A stretch of DNA of 63,934 nucleotides, counting the filler, from Octopus bimaculoides (lineage: Eukaryota), in the NCBI RefSeq assembly GCF_001194135.2. It is 10 parts of 9 records of this genome, joined end to end, with 100 filler letters (N's around TTAATTAATTAA, not from the genome) between each part and the next. Parts side by side here need not be neighbours in the genome. Positions count along the whole stretch, not along the records: positions 33,544 to 41,688 come from NC_068990.1; positions 41,789 to 49,085 come from NC_068981.1; positions 49,186 to 56,029 come from NC_068988.1; 7 more parts are not named here. The stretch is one strand, 5' to 3'. Position numbers and translations under genes: made by a program. Numbering within the stretch: the first letter of the stretch is position 1; the number at the start of each line of letters is the position of its first letter. The notes below the pieces were generated by a model. The model did no database searches. It had not been told where the DNA came from and saw only the letters and a list, made by a program, of their open reading frames with translations. This document shows positions 37,231-49,244 of this stretch, piece after piece.

Positions 37231-39080
37231 GTTCAGTAGTTTTATTTTTATCACGTGCACAATCGAGCGCAGCTCTGTGTGCCTAGGGTATGTGCTGTGG
37301 TTTGTTGTGTTCTTATTTTCACTGTATTGCAAGTGCTTTACGTAGGATGTGTGCAGCGTCTAGTAGTGCTATTTACTGTATGTTATACACACTTGTAAGT
37401 CCTGGTGTTTTTGTTATGTATTTGTCTGAATTTTTTTTTATCATACCTAATACGCCTACTATTATAGGAATTGTTTCTGTTTTTAGGCTCCACATTCGAG
37501 TTACCTCTATTTCCAGATCTTTGCATTTTGAAAGTTCTCTGTTTCTTTTACAGAAACGTTGTCTGTTGGAATTGATACATCGATGAGAAGACATCTTTTC
37601 CCTTGTTGATATCTGATAACTATATCCGGGATATTAGCCTTGATTTCTCTATCTGTATGCATTGGCATATCCCAGAGTATGGTTGCTTTCTCATTTTCTA
37701 TGACCTTTTCTAGGGTGTGCCTATACCATCTTTTTTTCTGTTGTGATTTTATAATGTTGGCATAGCTTGTATGCCAGTATACATGGATCCCAACTCTGTC
37801 ATATCTGTGAATATGTTCTTTCTTAGCCAGGACTGGGAAGCCAGAGACAATATGATGCATTGTTTCTTCTCAATGACCATATGTTCTGAATTATTTGTAT
37901 TTCTTTGCATTATGATTTTGGTGATTTCTGGTGGGAAAGCTTTGACCTTGTGTTGCATTTAAAATCCTTCAGTTTCTGCTTAGAATCCTGAGCCTCTCAG
38001 CCATTGTTGGGATTTTGCTTTATCTACTTCTTTTTCGTTTATCTTAACCAATATTTGCCATCTAGGGACTTTTCTTGCCATCATTTTACCATGATACACT
38101 GTTGTTTAAGTTTTAGTTTGGATTTCAGTTATTTTACAGCTTTTGTTTCTTCTTTTACTTCACAGTTGTCAGGTACTATGACTTCATTTTTGTATTTTTC
38201 AGCTTCCTTAAAGATAGAAAACAGTTCTTTGTTTTGCGGCTATTTGTATTAGTTTCCTTGCTTCTGAAGTAGGCATTTCTGTAATTCTATAGTGGTTATT
38301 TCATAATAGTTTTCTAGCTGAATAAGGCCTCTACCACCTTCGATACGTTGTATATATAACCTTTCTATGTCAGATTTTGAGTGGTGCATCCTAAATTCTG
38401 TTATTATTTTTCTTGTTTTCCAGTCTATTTTGATTAGTTCATTTAGAGTCCAGTTAAGAATATTGTAGCTGTAAAAGCTGGGACTGCTAGAGTGTTGACA
38501 CCTATTATCTTGTTTTTCGCATTGAGCTTTGTTTTCACTATTAATCTAACTCGTCTGTAGTATTCGCTTCTTATCTTCTCTTTCATTTGTGTGCGTTGTA
38601 TCGGATCTAGTTCATTGATTTCTAAGTATTTTTATATCTGGCTTTGTTCTAATTATCGTATTTAATTTGCTTTATCTAGTGTGATGTTGCTACCCTTAAC
38701 TTGTTTTCTTCTTTTCAAAGTTGCTTTGACACATTTTTCTAAATCCGATTTCACGTTTATTCCTTTGGTAAATGTTGAAGTCCCACGACATCTTATATTT
38801 CTTACTTTGTAGTGTTTTACTTCGTTAATGTTCATACCATTTATCAGTGTGATCAAATCCTAGCTTTTTACATAACTCCCAGTGGATTACTCTCTCTAGG
38901 TTGTCATGTCTTTTCTTGTATTCTTTCTGTGCTAGCATGCTACATTCACTTAGTGTATGAGTAACACTTTCGTCTTTTGATTTGCATAGCCTACATTGGT
39001 AGTGTACCTTGTTTTTGTCTATCTTGGCCGTTATCCAATTAGTCCTTAATGTTTGATCTTGTGCTGCTGCTAACAAACTT
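37231..39080 (-). mobile_element. Dong/R4-like RLE non-LTR retrotransposon, 5'-truncated and chimeric
   Basis: DLEKCVKATLKR (post-RT), ETMHHIVSGFPVLAKKEHIHRYDRV (decayed CCHC), ILWDMPMHTDREIKANIPDIV..LLIDVSIP and LEIEVTRMW (PD-D/ExK); extra CCHC block CRLCKSKDESVTHTLSEC at 38770-39080. Confidence 0.88.
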
Positions 39081-39679
39081 TTTTTTTCTATATTTTGTAA
39101 TTATGTTTTACATACATTGACGCTTTTGATTATATTTTCAATCCAAACTTGCAAGGATGAATATTTCATTTGATAAATTCTTTTCAGAAATTGTCTAAAA
39201 CCCTTTAAAAAAATATTTAATGTTTATTCGTTCTAACCTTTTTATGATGAAACTGCAATTAAATCGTGTTATATGTTTGAGTGGTACTTAAAAGAATCTC
39301 TTGCGCCGCGAGAAATGTTACATGTTATCAACACAATTATGATATGCTAATTCCCTTTTTCAGCCCTTCCTATGATTCATATGATCAAACTGTATTCATT
39401 CCAAGATTTCTGGAATCGATTCTCTGAGCAGTTGACATTTATCTATTAATAGATCAGATATCTGATGAAATGGCAGACGACTGTATAGTTCACCAATTAT
39501 GAATAAAATGAATAAATTACCAGGTTACAGAAACATATGTAGCATGTATTGAATTGTTACCGTCCATTCGTGTATACATACGTGTATTTACATATATATG
39601 TATGTATGCATATACGTTTTTGCTTCATGAAAGACAATAAGAAAAATTCATGTTGCAAAATCTAATTATTAAATGAATA

Positions 39680-40695
39680 CTATTATATACATATACTAAT
39701 ATATATGTTTTGTGTATCTTCTGGTGGCTGCAATGACGTAGCGGAGTATATAACTCTCATGACGCCGGTGTTAAAACACCTTAGAGCCATGGACAGGCGA
39801 GATAACTCACCTTCAATCCCATTTGAGAGTGATGGACATCGATGTTTCGCCATTTTTGTGGCTTATCAACACCACCTACCCACCTGAATTGAAGGCGAGT
39901 CAGCTAGCCAGTCCACCGACTTAATTGCGAATGGCTTGTAAAATCACGAGCTGGTATGCCCGGAAATTGCTTACCTAAGAGAAAATTTACTTATGAAGTA
40001 AAAGCAGCTCATGTATAATAAATATTGTTAAATACATATACTAATGTATATATTTTGTTTATTTTCCGGTGGCTGTAATGGCGTAGGGGAGTATATAACT
40101 CTCAGGTCGCTGGTGCTAAAACACCTTAGAACCATGGATAGGCGAGATAACTCACCCTCAATCCAATTTGGGAGTGATGGACATCGATGTTTCACTATTT
40201 TTGTGGCTTATCAACATCAACTACCCGCCTGGGTTGAAGGTGAGTCAGCTAGCCAATCCAACGGTTTGTATAATCATGAGCTAGAATGCCTGTAAATTGC
40301 AGCCACCGGAAAATACACAGAGTATATACATTAGTATATGTGTTTAACAATATTTATTATACTAGAGCTGCTTTTACTTCATGTAAATTTTCTCTTAGGT
40401 ATGCAATTTCCGAGTATACCAACACATGATTTTACAAGCCATGAGCATATAAGTCGTTAGACTGGCTAGCTGACACACATTCAACCCAGGCGGGTAGGTG
40501 ATGCTGATAAGCCACAAAAATGGCGAAACATCACTCCCAGATGGGATTAAAGGTGAGTTATCTCGCCTGTACATTGCTTTAAAGTGTATTAACACCGGCG
40601 ACATGAGAGTTATATACTCCGCTACGTTATTGCAGCCACCGGAAAATACACAAAACATATACATTAATATATCTGTTTTTACTTCATATATTAAT
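39680..40695. repeat. Fold-back satellite: 345-bp unit, 1.75 copies forward then 1.2 copies inverted
   Basis: CATATACTAAT at 39690 and 40035; rc copies GCAGCCACCGGAAAATACAC at 40299 and 40632. Confidence 0.88.
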
Positions 40696-42244
40696 TATTA
40701 ATAGTGTCTTCAGCTTAGTAACTCGGAGTTTTCATGTTTTGAGAGAAAGAGAANNNNNNNNNNNNNNNNNNNNNNNNNNNNNNNNNNNNNNNNNNNNNNN
40801 NNNNNNNNNNNNNNNNNNGAGAGAGAGAGAGAGTATTTTTGGTGAATAACATATTTGCAAAATAGGAAGACGACAGCCAGACTTTGAGGAGCGATTTTTC
40901 CTGATGCTAAATGCATTTACCGTGAGAAATTCTAAAATACAGTCAGATCTAGAATTTTCGAAAGTTGTTGACGGCTGTAGATGCATACTATTAATATTAC
41001 AAAGGAGCGACAGTATTTCCTGGATATGAGCAGTAATTTTGCTTTACTTATTTATTTTTTATTTTTGATGGGATCAGCTGTTAAAAGGATTAAGATCGGT
41101 ATGACCCTGTTGGAGGATGCCTTCAAGGTGTCAGTTCCTGGATTCCCTGCCTACACGTCATACATAAATCACAAACACAGACAGCAAAGAATCATTCATC
41201 ATGCCAACATTAATCAGTATTTTATGTCCGATATTGATTACAAATCATAACAATCCGGGAAAGATATTTTGTTGAGAGAATTTATATGGAGTCATTATAG
41301 ACAACGGACAATTAGCTTTCTTATTTATAGCTCTTGATACTGATAGCTTTGCCGAAACAGTATGCCATGCATGCGCGCGCGCGCGCGCGCGTGTGTGTGT
41401 GTGTGGGTGTTTGTGCGCGCGTGGTGCGTGTGTATGTGTGTACATGTGTGTGTGCTTATGCGAGCTCGTATTTATACTTGCGTGTATGTATGTATGTATG
41501 TATGCATGCATATATTTGAGGTATGTATTTATGTATATATTTGTATGTATGCATGTATGTATGTATGTATTTGATGTAATGTTCACATTGCTTAATTAAA
41601 TGGAGTCGCATGAAACGATCGTACTACATTAACTTTGGATATCCTTGTTGCTTATTTTGACTATATATATATATATATATATATATATNNNNNNNNNNNN
41701 NNNNNNNNNNNNNNNNNNNNNNNNNNNNNNNNTTAATTAATTAANNNNNNNNNNNNNNNNNNNNNNNNNNNNNNNNNNNNNNNNNNNNCCTCCTCCTCCT
41801 CCTCTGACCTCTCTTTTCTTCTCTCATTCCAACACCCTCTTTTGCTGCATTTTTTTCCTTTTCTTCTTTACTTACGCATTTCCTTCAACATCTCATTATT
41901 CTCATTTCCTGTCACAATTTACATATTATTGTTGTTGCTGTTTGGTTCCATTCTCTTGAGCCAACCAAACAAATTTCTAGGTGCTCGCTCGACTTATTAG
42001 AGATAGCTCTCCAACCGATTCCTCTCAAACCACACCTTAACAAAGAATTTCTCAACCGGTAACCGCGTTTCTTCGGAACTCGAATATTCCACACGAGGTC
42101 GCAAGAGGTTCCGCAAAATAAGTGATAAATATTCTAATTATATACATATACAACTTTTAGTCATTTTTGCGTTTAATCCTATATTAATAAATACATTACA
42201 CGCACACACACACACACACACACACACGCGCGCGCGCGCGGATA

Positions 42245-42668
42245 AGGTGACAAAATGGCAGATTCGCTAACGCGTCATACAAAATGGATTGCGGCATTTC
42301 GTCTGTGTTTACGTTCTGAATCCAAATTCCGCTGAGGTCGACTTTGCCTTTCATCCTTTCGGGGTCGATAGAATAATTATAAGTTGAGTACTGGGGTCGT
42401 TGTAATCGACTAACTCCCGTCCCCCACAATTTCAGGCCTTCTGCCTATAAAAAGAAAGGGCTATACACACGTACAGACAAAATGCTTAACGGCATTTCAT
42501 CCAGCTCTTCACGGTCTGAGTTTAAATTCCACCGAGGTCAACTTTACCTTTCATCCTTCAGCGTCGATAAAATAAGCACCAGTTAAGCACCGGAGGCGAA
42601 GCAATCGACTGATTCCCGCTTCAAAACTTTCAAACCTTGTGCGCCTAAATCAGATACTATTATTATCC
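42245..42668 (+). mobile_element. Two tandem SINE family A copies
   Basis: Core CCTTTCATCCTT..GTCGATA at about 42347 and 42547. Confidence 0.82.
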
Positions 42669-44012
42669 GGAATATCGTCAGCTGCTTACGGCCTTCTACC
42701 AGTCACGCAATGCAGTCAGTGGAAGTCCCACTTTGATATTCTATAGAAGGTTGGTAGTGGGCAATAACAACAACGTTCTCGAGAAAACTCTGGAGGTCAA
42801 CGAAAATCAACCAGATGGTCTGTTCCGAAGGACTTTTGGGTCGAGGCCCATGGAAAATTTCCAGAAAACACTGACCTAGCAGTGCTACCGGAAAGCTTTG
42901 TAGTGGCGCGAAATTATAGCCGCCATTGAGGAAGTACTATTCTGCGCATGCGCAGGGGACTTCACCACCGGAAGCCCCTCGTGTTGCGCATGCGTAGTAA
43001 AACTCGTACTTAAACAGTGGTTTCACTTTGTTTGGCGAGGTGAGCTGAGACCTACGTAACAACACCTCGCTCCTCCACGAAAACCTTTACACTGTTCTCT
43101 GGCAGGCATCAAGGAAGCCCTTAACCTTCCGTTACCAAACTACAATTTAATCAGCGGCTGCTAAGCTGAATGACAGGAATTTGTATAACCAAGTATCATC
43201 ATAAATAAAAACCTTTTTATTATATTGTTAATTGTTCTAATGTCTCTTCAATTTATAATTATGTTGAAAGGTGATAGAGAGAGACTAAAGTCTCTATGAC
43301 AACTATCAAACCTTTACAGCTTTATCGGTCTAAGATAAACTCTACGTGTACGGAAGTGCCACAGCCAGGCCTGTTCGAGATGTGCATAGAGCGATGAACC
43401 TGTTCTGCTCGCACTAATCCAATGCCCGAGCATTGCTGCTTTGTGGAGTTATGACGAACAGATACTCTCATGTATAGAGCGATTCCGGCTATCAGCCGAG
43501 TCTGTTCTGAGGATTGTTCAGCCGCTATTCCTTTATGGTTATGAGAGGCAAGCAAAGTTTATCAGCCTGGTGGCTTAGCGAAAGAGTTTATGTGGTGGTC
43601 AAGATTGGAAGGGCGAAAAAAAAAACACCTTCCTCTTCGGTCAAGCTCTCAATAACTTTTTCAAGTTTTACTCGAAAGGGTGAGGGTGGAGAAGGAAGTG
43701 CTACTTCACAGCAAATTTGCTGACGGGTGGATGTGAGTGGCGTGCATGGTCCGAGTGAACAGGCCTGCTCTGAACATGCACCTGTAGATTGCAGGAGGAC
43801 AATTGGTAAGGGCACTTGTTCACGGTGACTGTGGTTTTAAGAAGTTTCCACGAGTAGCCCTTGGAGGTTTCCTGTTTGGGTGAAATTATGCTTTTTGAAT
43901 TTTTTCCTCTTTGTTTTTGATATTTACTTTTTTATACGTTCTTTTATGTAATCCCATGCAATATCGCCCTCTACTATCTTTAATGTTTTCGTCAATCCTT
44001 ACTTGTTAACAA
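42669..44012 (+). mobile_element. Second Tx1/L1-like LINE 3' fragment, split by a solo LTR
   Basis: 42669-42898 plus 43323-44012 are colinear with about 35990-36910. Confidence 0.8.
42899..43318 (+). mobile_element. Solo LTR, 420 bp, with 4-bp TSD GCTT (Gypsy-like)
   Basis: TGT...ACA termini, GCTT at 42895-42898 and 43319-43322, internal AATAAA near 43204; removing it restores the LINE sequence. Confidence 0.85.
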
Positions 44013-44217
44013 AGAAAATATTGAGAAAGGGCTTGTACATTTGATGATCAGGGTAATCTTGGATCTTTGGGTACTAACTGGAGTTTCTCCAATATCAGGA
44101 GGACTACATCATTCATGTTATCACATACATTGTATATTTTGTGTACTTTTATCACATTTCACTACCTTTCCCATTTCTTTCTCCCCCACAAATTGTTGTC
44201 TGTTCATATGATGCCCC

Positions 44218-44285
<68 letters not shown>

Positions 44286-44288
44286 GTT

Positions 44289-45166
44289 GTTCAGTAGTTT
44301 TATTTTATAACGTGCTTTCACTTCACTACCGAGCGCAGCTCTGTGCGCCTTGGGTATGTGCTGTGGTTTGCTGTGATGCTCTTATAGTTACTGTATTGAA
44401 AGTGTTTTGCATAGGATGTGTGCAGTGCCCAGTAGTGCAATTTTCTGTATGTTATATATATTTGTAAGTCCTGGTGTTTTTGTTATGTANNNNNNNNNNN
44501 NNNNNNNNNNNNNNNNNNNNNNNNNNNNNNNNNNNNNNNNNNNNNNNNNNNNNNNNNNNNNNNNNNNNNNNNNNNNNNNNNNNNNNNNNNNNNNNNNNNN
44601 NNNNNNNNNNNNNNNNNNNNNNNNNNNNNNNNNNNNNNNNNNNNNNNNNNNNNNNNNNNNNNNNNNNNNNNNNNNNNNNNNNNNNNNNNNNNNNNNNNNN
44701 NNNNNNNNNNNNNNNNNNNNNNNNNNNNNNNNNNNNNNNNNNNNNNGACAACTATATTTGGTCTATTTGCCTTAATTTCTCTATCTGTGTGTATCGGCAT
44801 ATCCCAGAGTAAGGTTGCCTTCTCGTTTTCTGTGACCTTTTCTGGCGTGTGTTTATACCATCTTTTTTCTGTTGTTATTCCATAGTGTTGGCATAGCTTC
44901 CAGTGTATATAGGTCCCAGCTCTGTCGTGTCTGTGAATATATTCCTTCTTAGCCAGGACTGGGCAGCCAGAGATAATATGATTTATTGTTTATTGTCCAT
45001 CTCCACATATTCTACAGTTACTTGTTATGTTTCTTTTCATTATATGTTTTTGGTAATTTCTGGTGGGGAGGCTTTGGTCTTGTGCAGCAAGATGTGTGCA
45101 GTGCCCAGTAGTGCAATTTTCTGTATGCTATATATATATTTGCAATTTTCTGTATGTTATATATAT
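44289..45166 (-). mobile_element. Second Dong/R4-like copy, 5'-truncated, between (TTA)n tracts
   Basis: Same terminus GTTCAGTAGTTTTATTTTTA as 37231; MPIHTDREIKANRPNIVV; AAQDQSLPTRNY at the truncation point; (TTA)n at 44218-44288 and 45167-45230. Confidence 0.88.
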
Positions 45167-45190
45167 TTTATTATTATTTATTATTATTAA

Positions 45191-45228
<38 letters not shown>

Positions 45229-45244
45229 GTGTTGTTGTTATATT

Positions 45245-45575
45245 ATTGAGTGAGAGAGCAGTGCATGCCATCACAGTAACATTGGGGTAAAATATACGAA
45301 GTCCAGTATACCCATCATGACTACCCGTCTGATAAGGGTACACCAGGCGCATGCATCACAACCATATGTGTGCGACATGGGGATTCCATATTAAGATAAA
45401 CAACGCATGACCTTGCATGTGGAGCCCAGTTAGAATTCTCTTCAGGTCGAATAGCCATCCCGTTCAAAACGTCACTGAATAAGGATTGTTTAAGGATATT
45501 GAACGAAACATCCATGTTTTCAAAGGAGAATTATCCAAACCCCAAAGAATTCCTCTCAACACATGACTATGATGG
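45245..45575 (+). mobile_element. Unclassified interspersed repeat
   Basis: Recognised as an octopus-type repeat from memory only; single copy here. Confidence 0.3.
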
Positions 45576-45580
45576 GTGTG

Positions 45581-45612
<32 letters not shown>

Positions 45613-45810
45613 TGTATGTATGTATGTATGTATGTATGTATGCATGTGCACGGTATTCACATGATGTTTGGATGTGTTTTGTGTGCACATGTGTATGTAC
45701 GCGATTGTGGGTGTGGGGTGCATCTGTATGTGTGTGACTTAATAGCTGCTATAACACATTTCCCAGGCGCTAGCAGCATCCGATTCCAGAACTATGTCAA
45801 TTTTTCATTT

Positions 45811-45842
<32 letters not shown>

Positions 45843-45899
45843 GATAGGTTGATGCCTGTATATGTATAAACACACATATATATTTGTATCTATATATGA

Positions 45900-45968
<69 letters not shown>

Positions 45969-47169
45969 TGTGTGTGTATGTGTGTACGTATGTATGATTT
46001 TCCTTGTCATATGTTTATTTTCCTTTGCAGAATTCAAGCCGGTCAGTACAAAACTCTTTTGTTTAGATCAAGATAGCTCTTAATCTTGACATATGATTTA
46101 AGTAGCATTTCATTCAATTTCCTTGGGAAAATTCAAAGACTTCATTACTTCTAATTGTAATAACCAGCTTCCTTCACAGAAATGTTTTATAAATAATAAG
46201 CATTGAATGATGCCGGAAAATAGGATAAAATTTTTTTTATACAGTTTTAACGTTTTACTCATTACATATTCAAATAATAAAAGTGTAGGTATGATCATTT
46301 GCAAAGCATTCGCACCAAAAATATCCTCCGTAGGTTTTAATCTGGTGATTAGGAAATATTTAATCTCATATCGAAACCTTGTGTTACTCTATCGTTATCT
46401 ATTTTACTTATACTATCCTTTGTAAAGCAGCTAAACGTATAAATCCTTTGACAAAGTTAATAACAGATGATATTGCCAAAAATGTGACAGAGCCAAATCC
46501 AAAACATTTAGTGATTCATTTCTTACATTGGCATAACGCCACTCTTATTCGTTCGTTTATACTCCCTTGTTTACTTTACTCGATGAGTTGTGAAATGAAA
46601 AGAGCTTCGTTAGTGAAAATCATTTCCTTAATATTCATTCTCTCGTGACTTAACCGAATATCAAATATGAAATTGGTTGAGAGATTTCCCAGCCGTGTTT
46701 TTATTCAGTGCAATGATGTAGCCTTGCATGTGTACTTTCTCCACTGTCCATTTCTCCGGCAAATATTTGTTCGCTTCTCTCATTGGTTCTGTGCATCCCA
46801 GCAGTGTGTGGGAGTGAGTGACGCTTGATACTGTTGCTATTCGTGTGTCTATGTATCAACTGGAGATCACAACTGTTTTAGTATTCACAAACAGAATTGC
46901 TCCTTCCTTCAATGCCATATACCAAAGAATCTCCAGTTTCTTTCGGCCCACGCTGTAGAAACTTTCCCCATTCTCTGTTAACTATAACGCTACCACTGCA
47001 AATCGGTTGAAACTGCAATTACCTCACTAGCATAACTGTGAGAGGATGTGAAGTAGTGGTTCTTCCTGGGGAACGATTTTATAGGGGAAGCACTTTTGGA
47101 TTTGTTGTATAAGTCCGTATATGTCTGGAAGGTCCGAGGTTGGGGAACTCAAGGGCTACACCATTTAAG

Positions 47170-47835
47170 CACCTTACCACTCCAATTAGACAGCAACTAT
47201 TTTGCTTTACTACTCACTAAGACTTTGTTCTTTGCTTTCATGAGATTCTGCCCAATTAATTTCTAAAATAACTGGTCTGCTATTTTACAAAGTCTACCAC
47301 CATCCAGGCAGGATTTGGTGAATCTAAATACAAACCTACGACAGCTCACCTCAGCAGCAAACACGATGCCTAACCATCTTCGTGCCTTTCACTATTCCAT
47401 AAACTTTTCATATTTTAGCTCCTTCTTTCATATGTCCACACCATATTTTGACTTCTTAGCATATAGTTAACTCTACAATTAGAACGTTTTTTTTTATTAA
47501 ATCCAACTAAGTCATAACGTTATTATAATATGGTTTGGAAACATGAGCGCTTCCTTCAGCTCCAACCGCATCTTCTAGTCATTAGCAGTATGTTTACGCT
47601 TCTTCGTTGTTCTTTCTCGCATCCCTTGTGGAAAATAATTTCTTGCTACTTGGTGTTGATTTTCATTACATTGACATTGCTGCAATGTCATTTTAGATCA
47701 TAAACAGTGAAACAAGACTTAGTTATACTACCAAGTATAATCGGTAAGAGATGACTTCGAAGCTCTCAGAATATGATTCAAGCGGTGCATATCCTCAACT
47801 GCAATGACAAACAGTAGAGTAGCATCATTCAAGCG
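47170..47835 (-). mobile_element. HERO/NeSL-like RLE retrotransposon remnant
   Basis: NHILRASKSSLTDYTW*YN*VL (about HILS.C...RYTWRHNQVL), LMFPNHII, VLIVELTI, AEVSCRRFV (about VEVGCRGF), in the expected order. Confidence 0.65.
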
Positions 47836-47956
47836 CAACTGCCACATACATACAAACATACATACATACATACATACATACATACATACACATAAATACA
47901 CACGCGCACACTCACACACGCACGCTCATTTTTGCATATGTATATGCGTGTGTATG

Positions 47957-48410
47957 GTGTCGAGTCAATTATTCGACGGCAATTTGTCGTTGTTAATTTG
48001 TCCCCACTCGTTGGTCAATTTGTCGTCAGTCAATTCGTCGTTGTATTACATAGCTATTTTTTTCTTAGAATTTAAGATTGTGTGCAATTGCTTTCGGAAA
48101 AATAATTTTGGGGCTTGGATCATATTTTTCCATGACATTTTTTATAAGCAGGTTCATATCTCTCTCTCTCTCTCTTTTTTTTTTTTTTGGCTTGGTTCTT
48201 CTCCCTGCATAAACTTCTGCAGTTTTGTACTAGCAAACCTTTCCTCACATTTAATCACATCAATAAGTTTCCAAATATTTGGATGACTAATATTCACTGT
48301 GTTTTTCAGCGCGCTGTGGTAAGCTTGTAAACTATTTGTAGTACGAGCAATACCCGTCATACATCGATCCCAAACATTCCATATTGGTAATGTAAATGGA
48401 GGTTCAAGGC
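47957..48410 (-). mobile_element. MULE-like transposase C-terminal remnant with subterminal CAATT(T/C)GTCG repeats
   Basis: PPFTLPIWNVWDRCMTGIARTTNSLQAYHSALK..VNISHPNIWKLIDVIK resembles the MULE motif P..WN...RTNN..E.WH...HPNIW. Confidence 0.7.
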
Positions 48411-48439
48411 GTCGCCTCCTCTCTCCTCTTCCTCTAGGT

Positions 48440-48510
48440 CAGTGGTTCCCAACAGCGGTTCCCAACCCTTTTATTTAAATGAGTCTTCTCACGGACTCCT
48501 TTTAATATGC
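48440..48510 (+). mobile_element. hAT (Charlie-like) terminal remnant
   Basis: CAGTGGTTCCCAAC duplicated as CAGCGGTTCCCAACCC; preceded by CTCTAGGT; partner end not found. Confidence 0.45.
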
Positions 48511-48535
48511 TTATCCTTATGAATGTATGTATATA

Positions 48536-49085
48536 TGTAAGGGACGACCGTGCGAACTCATAAAAGGAGATATGGTGACGAATGGAAAAACAGAGGACTC
48601 CTTTTATTTAGACGCGTCACACGGTCGAACACAAAATATATATATCAAATGATGATATTCATGATATGTTATGCGACGATAACATAGATGACCAGTAATG
48701 AAAGACCACAACCGTATAAGATGAATAACAGAGATATTTATTGTAGCGTTAAAGATGTATGTCTGTGTGAGAGTGTGAATGCGACATAAGAACATAATCA
48801 AAGACAGGCCGTCATACAAAGAAAAGTGTGTATGTGAGTGATACATGTGTGTGTATGTTATTACAGCAGAGAGAAAGAGTCATAAACACGTGAGCAATTA
48901 TACCAGATCGTTAGTACACTATAGGAAAAGTTCTGTATGTGAAAGTGAGGAGAGGCTGAGTGTGGCAGTGCTGATCACTAGTTGTGATGTCGTGGCATCG
49001 ATGCCGGGCCGTGTTTCTTGTTATACAGATGTTCGTCGCTGGCTGAGAATTTCTTGTCTGTTTAAGAACTCTTGTCTGTTTATTT
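48536..49085 (-). mobile_element. Possible LTR, one end lost in spacer
   Basis: Minus strand ends GGTCGTCCCTTACA and contains AATAAA; no TSD checkable. Confidence 0.3.
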
Positions 49086-49244
49086 NNNNNNNNNNNNNNN
49101 NNNNNNNNNNNNNNNNNNNNNNNNNNNNNTTAATTAATTAANNNNNNNNNNNNNNNNNNNNNNNNNNNNNNNNNNNNNNNNNNNNAATGAATGGGTATAT
49201 GCATATATACGTACAGGTATGTGCATACCGACATCCACCTGTAT

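Noticed and set aside
39762-39777. 16-mer ACGCCGGTGTTAAAAC shared between the fold-back unit and family E (rc 49363-49378)
   Set aside because: About one such match is expected by chance in a window of this size, and the similarity does not extend convincingly
41600-41630. GAAACGAUCGUA (palindromic helix III-like)
   Set aside because: No upstream CUGANGA or helix I partner; at best a remnant
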